A DNA stretch of 64,000 bases, taken from the NCBI GenBank assembly GCA_026415035.1, contig JAOAHX010000008.1:16270-80269 (forward strand), read 5' to 3'. How positions within the stretch are numbered: position 1 is the first letter of the stretch; every line of letters starts with the position of its first letter. Positions 55,903-64,000 of this stretch are shown piece by piece. The stretch is from Thermodesulfobacteriota bacterium (GTDB lineage Bacteria; Desulfobacterota; BSN033; UBA1163). The notes beneath the pieces were generated by a model. The model was not told where the DNA came from, did no database searches, and saw only the letters and a list, made by a program, of their open reading frames with translations. The translations under genes were made by a program, and so were the position numbers.

Positions 55903-56676
55903 TTAAGAGAGCAACCCTTCGATCGAGAGGAGGAGGACCAATAGGATGGCCAATGGGAGGAGATGGCGCAAGGGGAGTTTAGAGAGAGTGAGGGGCAAGT
56001 CCTCCCTGTAACCGCGGGCAGCCAGGGCCCAGGTGAGCTCTTCCGCCTCATAAAAGGAGCGGCGAAGAAGAGGAAGCACGATGAATTTTATTCTCTTGAT
56101 GGGATTCTTCGCTCGATCTCCTCTGCGGGCTTTATTCGCCAAATGGACTTCGTCGGCATGATCCAGGATGCGGGAAAAAAAGCGGAGCGTGAGGGAAGCC
56201 ATCAGTCCGATGCGGCGTCCCGACAAAAAGGGAACCGGTTTGAGGAACCAGGTCAGGCCATCTCGGAGCTCCCGGGGGCGGGTCACCGCAGTGAAGAGAA
56301 TGGCATAAAGGAGAATCAGCCCCATCCGCCAACAGGTCATCCCTCCGAGCATGAGGCCCTCTTTGCTGAAGGGGAGGAAAGGCAGAAACGGAACCCTGGT
56401 TCCCGTGGTCCCGAGGGATTGGAAAAGAAAGAGGATGAGGAGTAAGATCCCCCAAAACCGCATCTCCCGGAGGAGATACCTCAGAGGAAATCTTAGAGCC
56501 ATCAGGAGTGCGGCCAGGAGGATGGAATCGAAGAGGAGCCAGGTGGTCTTCGGGTAAACCAAGGTCCCTGTGATCATCAGGAATCCCAAGAATTTACAAC
56601 GGGCGTCCCAACGGTGCAGAAAAGAATCTTTGGGGAAATAGTGGAGGGCTATTCGAGCCACGACAGTCTTTCGCAC
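55903..56676 (-). CDS. bioN: ECF transporter T component (BioN-like)
   Basis: SFLHRWDARCK, LRFF, KARR, LAARGY; in operon with bioY. Confidence 0.82.
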   Translation of the reverse strand: MRKTVVARIALHYFPKDSFLHRWDARCKFLGFLMITGTLVYPKTTWLLFDSILLAALLMALRFPLRYLLREMRFWGILLLILFLFQSLGTTGTRVPFLPFLPFSKEGLMLGGMTCWRMGLILLYAILFTAVTRPRELRDGLTWFLKPVPFLSGRRIGLMASLTLRFFSRILDHADEVHLANKARRGDRAKNPIKRIKFIVLPLLRRSFYEAEELTWALAARGYREDLPLTLSKLPLRHLLPLAILLVLLLSIEGLLS

Positions 56677-57392
56677 CCTAAAAGGATGTAGCAGGGAGGC
56701 CGAACCCCGAAGAGGGAGAGGTCGTGGGCCAGATTTTCGGGCGGCCCTATCGCCTGGATCCTTCCTCCCTGGAGGACCACGACCCGATCCACATGGGCGA
56801 TCACCTTTTCGACCTCGTGGGTTGTCACGACAAGGGTATGCCCCTCCTGGTGTAGCTGGATCATCCCTCGCAAGGCCTCTTGAACGCCGGGATAGTCGAG
56901 ATTGGCAAAGGGTTCGTCGAAGAGAAGGATGTCCGGTTGCATCGCCATCACCCCGGCGAGGGCGAGCCGCCGTTTCTCCCCTCCGGAGAGGAGGTAACAG
57001 GGTTTTCCGGCGAGGGGTTCAAGCCCCATCTTCTTGAGGGCCCAAAAGACCCTTCGGTCGATCTCTTCTCGAGAAAGCCCAAGATTTTCAGGGCCAAAGG
57101 CCACATCCTCCTGCACGGTCTCTCCGACGATCTGGCTCTCGGGGTCTTGAAAGAGAAGCCCCACCGACTGTCTTGCCTTGAGGGGATCCTTCTTCGTATC
57201 GAACCCGTTGATAAGAATGGATCCCTCCGAGGGCTCGATCAATCCACTCAACAGGCGGAGCAGGGTGGTCTTTCCGCTGCCATTGGGACCGCAGATGAGA
57301 AGAAACTCCCCGGTCTCGATGGAAAGGTTGATGCCTCTCAGGGCATAAGTGCCATCGCCGTAGCGATAGTGGAGGTTTTTTACCTGAATCAT
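56649..57392 (-). CDS. bioM: ECF transporter ATPase (BioM-like)
   Basis: GPNGSGKTT, FQDPESQ, DVAFGPEN, LSGGEKRR. Confidence 0.85.
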   Translation of the reverse strand: MIQVKNLHYRYGDGTYALRGINLSIETGEFLLICGPNGSGKTTLLRLLSGLIEPSEGSILINGFDTKKDPLKARQSVGLLFQDPESQIVGETVQEDVAFGPENLGLSREEIDRRVFWALKKMGLEPLAGKPCYLLSGGEKRRLALAGVMAMQPDILLFDEPFANLDYPGVQEALRGMIQLHQEGHTLVVTTHEVEKVIAHVDRVVVLQGGRIQAIGPPENLAHDLSLFGVRPPCYILLGCERLSWLE

Positions 57393-57422
57393 AAAAAAAA
57401 ACGGGATCCCCGTGCCGGGGCT

Positions 57423-57986
57423 TTAGGATTTTCGGTCTCCAACCCCTACTTGCATGGCCCGGAGGTTTAAAATGGGCCTGACGGCCTTGGCCAAGACGAT
57501 CGCCGCCGATGCCTTCAATCCATCTCCAAAGAGAAAAGGAATCATCCCCGCAATCAGGGCTTTTTCCCAGGTCATACCCGTGACCATCTTGAGCCAGGGG
57601 AGGCCGAAGGCGTAGATGAGAAGGGAGCCGATGAGCACCGCCAGGATGTCTCCGAGGAGCCTTCTTACGAACCTTTCGGAGATCCAACCGGCCACATAGG
57701 CGGAAAGAACGAATCCGAAAAGGTAACCTCCGGTTGGTCCGAAGAGGTGGGCCAATCCTCCTTTTCCTCCCGCAAAGACCGGCAGGCCGACGGCTCCACA
57801 GAGAAGGTAGGCCCCGACGCTCGTTGCGCCCCAACGACTACCCAAGAGGAGACCTGAGAGAAGGACGAAGAGGTTGGTAAGGACGATGGGAACTGGACCG
57901 ATGGGAACGTGGAGATAGGCTCCGACCGCCATTAGCCCTGCCATGAGTGAAGAAAGAACAACGAGCCTCAGTTTTTCGATCGCCAT
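57423..57986 (-). CDS. bioY: Biotin transporter S component
   Basis: PVPI, GLPVFAGG, GPTGGYL.GF, PFLFGD..K. Confidence 0.93.
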   Translation of the reverse strand: MAIEKLRLVVLSSLMAGLMAVGAYLHVPIGPVPIVLTNLFVLLSGLLLGSRWGATSVGAYLLCGAVGLPVFAGGKGGLAHLFGPTGGYLFGFVLSAYVAGWISERFVRRLLGDILAVLIGSLLIYAFGLPWLKMVTGMTWEKALIAGMIPFLFGDGLKASAAIVLAKAVRPILNLRAMQVGVGDRKS

Positions 57987-58003
57987 TATCCCCTCCTCAT
58001 TAA

Positions 58004-58035
58004 TTGTTAACTTAATCCGAGAAAGAAGTTAACAA
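58004..58035. promoter_or_regulatory. BirA operator upstream of bioY
   Basis: Perfect palindrome TTGTTAACT-N14-AGTTAACAA matching the known BirA box layout. Confidence 0.85.
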
Positions 58036-58126
58036 ATTTTTGAGCCGCTGTCAATGACCTCCTTTTTTGAATCGAAGAATTTGACGAAGGGGTCAGGAAG
58101 AGGTATGGTAGGGAGGGGAGGAAGCG

Positions 58127-58471
58127 TTGATGTATTTCGTTCTAAAATTAGTCATCCAGATGATTTCCATTCTGATCGTCTCTTACCTTTTCCCCGACTG
58201 GATATGGGTCGATCATTTCTGGGCCGCACTGGTGGCAGCTTTCATCCTCGGGATCGTCAATGCCGTGCTTAGACCGGTGCTTGTCTTTTTGACCCTCCCC
58301 ATCACCCTATTGACCTTCGGCCTCTTCCTCTTGGTCATCAACGGACTGATGCTCTGGCTGGTCTCGGCGCTGGTGAAGGGATTTCACGTGGAAGGCTTTT
58401 GGGCAGCCCTGATGGGATCGATCCTGATCAGCGTCGTGAGCTGGATTCTCTCAAGGGGGGTCCCACGATAA
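58127..58471 (+). CDS. YvlD-like 4-TM membrane protein (holin superfamily IV)
   Basis: GIVNAVLRPVL..LTLP...LTFGLF.LVING...GF.V.GFW.A. Confidence 0.85.
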   Translation: MMYFVLKLVIQMISILIVSYLFPDWIWVDHFWAALVAAFILGIVNAVLRPVLVFLTLPITLLTFGLFLLVINGLMLWLVSALVKGFHVEGFWAALMGSILISVVSWILSRGVPR

Positions 58472-58511
58472 GCTTCGAAAGGAGAACTTCTCTTTTTGAG
58501 GAACGGGTGGA

Positions 58512-59039
58512 TTAACCTCCGTCAAGGGTATGGTGTTCCATTTTCCGATACCACGACGCCGGATCCGTGAAATACTCTTCGGTATCTTTCAATGAGAGGT
58601 AGTGCTCGTGCTCGATTTTTGAAAGAAGATCGAAAAAGGCCTTCTCTTTCGGATCGCTCACCGAGTCCCTCAAGTCCGCATAGAATTTGGCTCCCTTGGC
58701 TTCGAAGTCCAGGGCCTTCCTGACCGCTTCGAGGTCATCGGCATCCCCCTTTTTTGAACCTTCTGCCTTTTTCGCCAGCCCATTGAGGACCTCTTTGATG
58801 TTGGTCTCTTTCACCTGCAAAGGGACGGTCTCGGGCCATCTCTCCTGCTTGGACCATCGCTCATGCAGCTGTTTAAGTCTCTCGTAATGTTCAAGCTCTT
58901 CGTCGCCGATCTGTTTGAACATCGCCTTCCCAAGGGGATTTGAGGTCCTCTCGGCATTCTTGAGATAGAACTCCCGTTCCACCATCTCATTTTTGAGCGC
59001 CACCTCCAAGGCATTCAATCGTTCTTGCTCGTTCATCAA
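58512..59039 (-). CDS. Ferritin-like/rubrerythrin-family diiron protein
   Basis: Two E...FY...E.EH units (EELEH, IEHEH). Confidence 0.85.
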   Translation of the reverse strand: MMNEQERLNALEVALKNEMVEREFYLKNAERTSNPLGKAMFKQIGDEELEHYERLKQLHERWSKQERWPETVPLQVKETNIKEVLNGLAKKAEGSKKGDADDLEAVRKALDFEAKGAKFYADLRDSVSDPKEKAFFDLLSKIEHEHYLSLKDTEEYFTDPASWYRKMEHHTLDGG

Positions 59040-59136
59040 ACTCTCCTCCTGACGACCTGCTGAGATTTGTAAACGCTAAGGTCTATCATATCTTAATTTT
59101 TTCGATCCATCAAGAGAAATCGCCGTTGGGGTTATC

Positions 59137-59165
59137 TTGACTTTAGAAGGCCCATTCAGTATAGT
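59137..59165 (+). promoter_or_regulatory. Sigma70-like promoter of the T6SS operon
   Basis: TTGACT-17 nt-TATAGT. Confidence 0.6.
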
Positions 59166-59266
59166 GAGGTAATAAATGAGTGAATAAATAACAATAGATC
59201 CGTGGGTGAAAAGGTTGGGTCCCTTTCTACCGTTCCCCCCGGAGATTCCCTCATCTCAAGATCAAG

Positions 59267-59647
59267 ATGAACCGTGAGCAACGCCTTCAGGAAGAAGAGC
59301 GGCTCGCCCTTTATCGAATCCTTAAAGGAATTCTCGAGCATTGGCGAGCCGAGTTAAAACAACAGGAAGAGGAATTTACGGAAACCGTCGTCCTTTCTCC
59401 AGGCAGGGGTGGACGGCCAGCCGTTGCCTCTGAGTCGGAAACCCCGATCGAGGGGGAGGTTCTTACGGCCACCGTCATCCTGCCGTCTCAGAGAGGCCCC
59501 ATAACCCCTCCTGCCGTTGCGGAGGCAGAGGGGCGCATCGCGGAGCCAACCGAACCCCAAAAGGGGAAGCATCCCGAGACGGAAGAGTGTCTCGAAGAGA
59601 CCGTGATCCTTAAGCCCAAAACGCCTAAGGGAAAAGGAATTGGATAG
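59267..59647 (+). CDS. Hypothetical disordered protein with three (E/A)TV(V/I)L repeats
   Basis: ETVVL, ATVIL, ETVIL in a Pro/Glu-rich chain; first gene of the T6SS operon. Confidence 0.65.
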   Translation: MNREQRLQEEERLALYRILKGILEHWRAELKQQEEEFTETVVLSPGRGGRPAVASESETPIEGEVLTATVILPSQRGPITPPAVAEAEGRIAEPTEPQKGKHPETEECLEETVILKPKTPKGKGIG

Positions 59648-60380
59648 GGCCCTCTCGCTCGAACGGTTGACGGAAGAAGTCCAAACGATCTATCGATCCC
59701 TTCCAGAAGGGGCAGAGGAGGCGATAGAGGCCTATCTTCGTAACGCCCTAAAAAGCCAATCCACCGAAGACCGATTGGCCTTGCTCGAGGCCCTGGTCCG
59801 ACAGTTCGAGACGCCCTCTCCTCCTCCGTCCCAAGAGGGCCACCCTCTTCCCGAAGAAATCTCCCGCCTGTTTTCGCTCCTCTTCGGGCAGAGGATCCCG
59901 AAGGCCGGGCTCACTTCTCCAGACTTACTCGAAGAACTGGCCCATGTCCTCAATACCCTCTTCGACACCTTGAACGAGATCATCCGGACCATCGACACAA
60001 CCCTGCTTGGTAAGAGGCCAGAGCTCGAGACCATCCGGCACATCATCGGAAAGCAGCTGACCGCCGAGGTCCCCCCCGAACCCCTTCAACAATATCTCTC
60101 CAGGATCCAAGAGGCCTTTTTGATCTCTCACAAGGCCTTCCAGGAGGCCGCCCAGACCAAACTCGGAGAACTGCTGGAGGAGCTCAGCCCGCAACGCTTT
60201 GAGTCGGAGCCCGTGGATCGGTTCAAGATCGGCCCCCTACGGAAGGCCGAATTCTTTGAACGGTACAAGGAAAAATTTCTCACCTTAAAGAAATGGTTCG
60301 AGTCGGGCCGTTTCAGAGAAGAGCTCTTGAGAGAGTTTGAGAAATCGTGCCAGAAGCTCTATGATGCTAAACGGAGGTAG
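59640..60380 (+). CDS. Stand-alone TagH/Fha C-terminal-like domain protein
   Basis: AF..SH.AF..A....L..LL.EL.P..FE......KA.FFE.Y...F.......F......EF....Y resembles the helical C-terminal domain of T6SS FHA proteins; lies directly upstream of tssJ. Confidence 0.55.
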   Translation: MDRALSLERLTEEVQTIYRSLPEGAEEAIEAYLRNALKSQSTEDRLALLEALVRQFETPSPPPSQEGHPLPEEISRLFSLLFGQRIPKAGLTSPDLLEELAHVLNTLFDTLNEIIRTIDTTLLGKRPELETIRHIIGKQLTAEVPPEPLQQYLSRIQEAFLISHKAFQEAAQTKLGELLEELSPQRFESEPVDRFKIGPLRKAEFFERYKEKFLTLKKWFESGRFREELLREFEKSCQKLYDAKRR

Positions 60381-60384
60381 AACG

Positions 60385-60921
60385 ATGAATCTGAGGACCC
60401 TGTGGATCTTCTCTCTCGTCGCCTGTTTGGTCCTTTCCTCCTGCGCTACCGTCGTCATCCCGCCGAGCTGGGAGTATGAACCCAATGCGATCCGCCTCAA
60501 CCTGAAAAGCGATGCCCAGCTCAATCTCTTCCAAGGGAGGGCCCATACCCTCGTCCTCTGTGTCTATCTCTTATCCGACCCCAATGAACTCAACCAGCTT
60601 GTGGACGAAAGAGGTGGCCTCGAAAAGCTCTGCGAATGCACCAAGTTTCATCCCAGCGTGACCTTTGCGAAACGGTTTATCATCCATCCGAATCGGGAGT
60701 ATAAGGAGACCCTGGACCGCGCGGCGGGGGCAAAGTATGTGGCCCTCGTGGCCGGATACTTCAAACTCCAGAAGGAGAATGTGGTCAAGCTCTACTCGAT
60801 TCCGATCGTGGAGGAGAAGAAGAAGGGCAATATCTATCAGAAGCCCGGCCCCCTCTCGATCGATCTCTACCTGGGATCCCAACAACTTCAGGATACGAAA
60901 CCCGCTCCAGAGAAAAAGTGA
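60385..60921 (+). CDS. tssJ: T6SS lipoprotein TssJ
   Basis: GGAGG RBS; lipobox VLSSC; LN...G..H.L...VY.L, AKYVALVAGY; precedes tssK. Confidence 0.85.
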   Translation: MNLRTLWIFSLVACLVLSSCATVVIPPSWEYEPNAIRLNLKSDAQLNLFQGRAHTLVLCVYLLSDPNELNQLVDERGGLEKLCECTKFHPSVTFAKRFIIHPNREYKETLDRAAGAKYVALVAGYFKLQKENVVKLYSIPIVEEKKKGNIYQKPGPLSIDLYLGSQQLQDTKPAPEKK

Positions 60922-61008
60922 CCCTGCTCTGAATCAAGGCTAAGGAGACATTCCGTTCCCCTTCTTCAAAGGGAATCCTTCGAGACGGGGGAGAAGGAGA
61001 CAACACGC

Positions 61009-62397
61009 ATGGAGATTCAAAGACCCCTCTTCTGGCATCAAGGGCTCTTCCTCCAGCCCCAGCATTTCCAGCTGTTAGACCTTTCCTTCCAATCGCTCCT
61101 CATCCCCTTTCACCAATTCATGGAACCCCATTTCTGGGGGGTGGGCGAGGTGGAGATCCATAAGGCCGGACTGGGGTTGAGAACGTTCAATCTCCTCAAA
61201 GGCTCCTTCCTCTTCCCAGACGGCACCTTTGTCGTCTTTCCTGGGAATGGGATCGTCGAGGCCAGGTCTTTCCACGAGGCCTGGACCGACGGAGGAAAGC
61301 CCTTCACCGTCTTCATCGGACTGAAGAAGATGAACCCGGCAGGGGAGAACGTGACCGTCGTCGACACCTTGGAAAACCTCTCGAAGGTTACGACCCGATT
61401 CGTCACGACCCCCAACCCGGAGGAGGTGAGAGATCTTCACTCCGGAGGCCCCGTGGGGCAGGTCAAGAGGCTTTACTACCTCCTCAAGGTCTTCTGGGAG
61501 ACCGAAAGGGAGCAATTGGGAGATTATGTGCTCATCCCTGTCGCCCAGCTCGAAAGGATGGGCGAGGAGGTCCGGCTCTCACCGCGGTTCATCCCCCCCT
61601 GTTTGACCCTCTCCGGCTCCGAACCTCTTCTGCGTCTCATCAAAGAGATTCGGGACCAGCTGGCTTCAAGGGCCCACCAGCTCGAGGAGTATAAAAGCCA
61701 ACGGGGGGTCCACACGGCCGAGTTTGGTTCAAGGGATATGGTCTACCTCCTGGCCTTGCGGTCCCTGAACCGGTATGTGCCCCCTCTTTACCACGCGACC
61801 GAGGCCCAGCTGACCCATCCATGGGCGATCTATGGTCTGCTGAGGCAGTTGATCGGAGAGCTTTCGTCCTTTTCCGAGCGGATCAATGTCATGGGAGAGC
61901 AGGAGGATGGAACCCGGGCCCTCTTAGGATACGACCATCAGAATTTATGGGAGTGCTTCTCAACGGCCCAGGCTCTGATCGTCCAGCTTCTCGATGAGAT
62001 CACCGCCGGGCCAGAATACGTGATCCCCCTCGTTTATGACGGGACCTATTATGCCGCTTCCCTCAAGCCGACGATCTTCGAAGGCCGAAACCGCTTCTAC
62101 CTCGTCCTAAAGACCGAAGAGGACATGAAGTCGGTGGTGAAGTCGGTCGAGACGATGGCCAAGCTGAGCGCCCGGGAGCATTTGCCTATTTTGATCGCCC
62201 GTGCCCTTCCTGGCATCGGGCTGGAGCACCTTCCCGTTCCGCCCCAAGAGCTGCCCCGCAGGGCCCATTCGGTCTATTTTGCCGTCAATCACCACAGCGA
62301 CCAATGGTCGTTGGTTCAGAAGACCCATAACCTCGCCCTCTACTGGGATAATGCCCCGGAAGACCTGGAGGTGGAGTTGATGGTGGTGGGACGATAA
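61009..62397 (+). CDS. tssK: T6SS baseplate subunit TssK
   Basis: WHQGLFLQPQHFQ, WGV, FPDGT, FIPPCL, HP..Y..L..L.GEL, YDH, ALPGI.L..L..PP..LP. Confidence 0.93.
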   Translation: MEIQRPLFWHQGLFLQPQHFQLLDLSFQSLLIPFHQFMEPHFWGVGEVEIHKAGLGLRTFNLLKGSFLFPDGTFVVFPGNGIVEARSFHEAWTDGGKPFTVFIGLKKMNPAGENVTVVDTLENLSKVTTRFVTTPNPEEVRDLHSGGPVGQVKRLYYLLKVFWETEREQLGDYVLIPVAQLERMGEEVRLSPRFIPPCLTLSGSEPLLRLIKEIRDQLASRAHQLEEYKSQRGVHTAEFGSRDMVYLLALRSLNRYVPPLYHATEAQLTHPWAIYGLLRQLIGELSSFSERINVMGEQEDGTRALLGYDHQNLWECFSTAQALIVQLLDEITAGPEYVIPLVYDGTYYAASLKPTIFEGRNRFYLVLKTEEDMKSVVKSVETMAKLSAREHLPILIARALPGIGLEHLPVPPQELPRRAHSVYFAVNHHSDQWSLVQKTHNLALYWDNAPEDLEVELMVVGR

Positions 62398-62407
62398 GGA
62401 GAGATCT

Positions 62408-63085
62408 ATGCACCTCACTGATGCCTTCATGGAACTGGTGGCCTATGTGGTCTATTTCGTCAAGACAGCGGGGGCCAAACAGCCCCCTTATGAACAAGTC
62501 AAGGCCGACGTCCTGAGGCTTCTCAGCCAGAGCGAATCGGTGGTGAAGCGGGGTCTTTTTTCCCAGGAGGATTACGATCTGGCACGCTTCATGGTCTGTG
62601 CCTGGATCGATGAGGCGATCCTCAACTCCGATTGGAACCAAAAATCACAATGGCAGAGAGAGCCCCTCCAGCGCCTCTATTACCATACCCTCGAGGCCGG
62701 CGAGGAGGCCTTTGAACGGCTCAACCACCTCGGCCTTCACCAGAGGGACGTCCGGGAGGTTTACTACCTCTGTCTCGCCCTCGGGTTCAAGGGTCGATTT
62801 CACCATCCGGGCGATGAGCATCTCTTAGAACAGGTCAAGACCTCCAATCTGAAACTCCTTCTGGGTAGTTCGGTGGGCCTGCCTTCCCTGGAGAGGGCCG
62901 AACTCTTTCCGGAAGCCCACCCGGTCGAAGCCGTGGAGATCGGCCCCCAGAAAGGGAAGTTTCGATTCTCGGCCTTTACCCTCGCCTGCCTGGTCGGACC
63001 GGTGATTCTCTTCGGCCTTCTCTTTCTGATCTACCAGTTCGCCTTGGGCGGGGTGGGAGAAAATCTTCTTAAGGCGGTGCCGTAG
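62408..63085 (+). CDS. tssL: T6SS membrane complex protein TssL (DotU)
   Basis: ARFMVCAWIDE, W...PLQ, AGEEAF, EVYYLCLALGFKG; C-terminal TM. Confidence 0.92.
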   Translation: MHLTDAFMELVAYVVYFVKTAGAKQPPYEQVKADVLRLLSQSESVVKRGLFSQEDYDLARFMVCAWIDEAILNSDWNQKSQWQREPLQRLYYHTLEAGEEAFERLNHLGLHQRDVREVYYLCLALGFKGRFHHPGDEHLLEQVKTSNLKLLLGSSVGLPSLERAELFPEAHPVEAVEIGPQKGKFRFSAFTLACLVGPVILFGLLFLIYQFALGGVGENLLKAVP

Positions 63086-64000
63086 ATGAAAACCCTACTC
63101 TTGAAATATCTGAAGTACGCCCTGATCGGAATGGCCTTCCTCTTCGTCATCCTGCTGGCCTTTGCTCTGGTCCTTCTCCTCAACTGGCCCTGGTGGATGG
63201 GGTTCTTCTTGGTCCTCTTCCTCCTCGCTCTGGGCGTCCTCTTCCTCCTTCTGAGAAAGATCTGGCTCAAACGGAGAGAGGAGAGGTTCGTCCAGCAGGT
63301 GATCGAGCAGGACGAATCGAACCTCAAGGCCCTATCGGGCAAGGAGAAAGACGACCTCAAGGAGCTGCAACTCCGATGGAAGGAGGCGGTGGAGGCCCTG
63401 AGGCGATCCCATCTGAGGAAGTATGGGAATCCCCTGTACGTCCTTCCCTGGTATATGGTGCTGGGAGAAAGCGGGTCGGGAAAGACGACGGCCATCACCA
63501 GTGCCCGCCTCTCTTCTCCCTTCGCCGAGGTGAGTCGAACCTCTGGGCTATCGGGAACCAAGAACGTCGATTGGTGGTTCTTCGAACAGGCCATCATCCT
63601 CGACACCGCAGGGAGGTACGCCATCCCCATCGATGAAGGACGAGACAAGGAGGAGTGGCAGAAATTCCTGTCGCTGCTCGTCCGATACCGGAGAAAGGAG
63701 CCCCTACACGGCCTGATCATTGCCGTGGCGGCCGATCGACTTCTCGAAGGTCGAGCCGAGGCCCTCGAAGAGGATGGGAAGCAGATTCGGCGCAGGATCG
63801 ACGAATTGATGAGGGTCCTCGGGGCCAAATTTCCCGTCTATGTCCTGGTGACTAAATGCGATCTGGTCCAGGGGATGACCCAGTTCTGCGAGCAGCTCCC
63901 GGAGAAGAGCCTCGACCAGCCCATGGGATACATCAACCAGGATCTCCAAACCGATGTGGTCACGGTGCTGGAGAAGGCCTTTCAGTCCATCGGTGAGCGC
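63086..64000 (+). CDS. tssM: T6SS membrane complex protein TssM/IcmF (3'-truncated; absent from ORF track)
   Basis: ATG 63086 open to the window end; N-terminal TMs; LYVLPWYMVLGESGSGKTT, DWWFF, ILDTAGRY, PVYVLVTKCD. Confidence 0.93.
   Translation, partial: MKTLLLKYLKYALIGMAFLFVILLAFALVLLLNWPWWMGFFLVLFLLALGVLFLLLRKIWLKRREERFVQQVIEQDESNLKALSGKEKDDLKELQLRWKEAVEALRRSHLRKYGNPLYVLPWYMVLGESGSGKTTAITSARLSSPFAEVSRTSGLSGTKNVDWWFFEQAIILDTAGRYAIPIDEGRDKEEWQKFLSLLVRYRRKEPLHGLIIAVAADRLLEGRAEALEEDGKQIRRRIDELMRVLGAKFPVYVLVTKCDLVQGMTQFCEQLPEKSLDQPMGYINQDLQTDVVTVLEKAFQSIGER

Noticed and set aside
58127..58471. Holin-family gene as evidence of a prophage
   Set aside because: YvlD-like proteins are common chromosomal genes; no phage genes are adjacent.
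60955..61000. CCCCTT...AAGGG hairpin, with loosely similar ones near 13880, 18080 and 55820, as a REP family
   Set aside because: Too short and divergent to establish a family by eye; needs a genome-wide motif search.

Overview
GC-rich bacterial chromosome segment, densely coding; gene content suggests an anaerobic deltaproteobacterium (Desulfobacterota-like; inference only). Left end (1-9.9 kb): an envelope signalling module of three CsgG/HfaB-like proteins, an outer-membrane barrel, a Ser/Thr kinase, a trypsin-like protease, a PP2C phosphatase, a double-FHA protein and a TssB-TssC-like fusion. Right end (59.3-64 kb): the start of a type VI secretion core cluster (tssJ-tssK-tssL-tssM), preceded by a stand-alone TagH C-terminal-like domain and a small protein with repeated TxxL motifs. 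Between them lie mostly transport and metabolic genes: cobalamin riboswitch-tonB-btuFCD, ilvA, NYN, LemA/DUF2207, AmrS-type radical SAM, AttEFH-like ABC exporter, 2-oxoacid:ferredoxin oxidoreductase, ZIP, TAXI-TRAP, ino1, a peptide ABC importer, a sigma54-driven small-protein operon and BirA-regulated bioYMN. The best candidate for an undescribed system is the minus-strand operon at 22195-26956. It encodes a 49-aa peptide ending CCGHPGEPGC-UGA with a SECIS-like hairpin (possible selenopeptide), an ATP-grasp/methyltransferase fusion, a YdjC deacetylase, a SenB-like glycosyltransferase and a DUF523-DUF1722 protein. All family calls are from motif recognition by eye; no database searches were run. 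No rRNA, tRNA or CRISPR array was seen.
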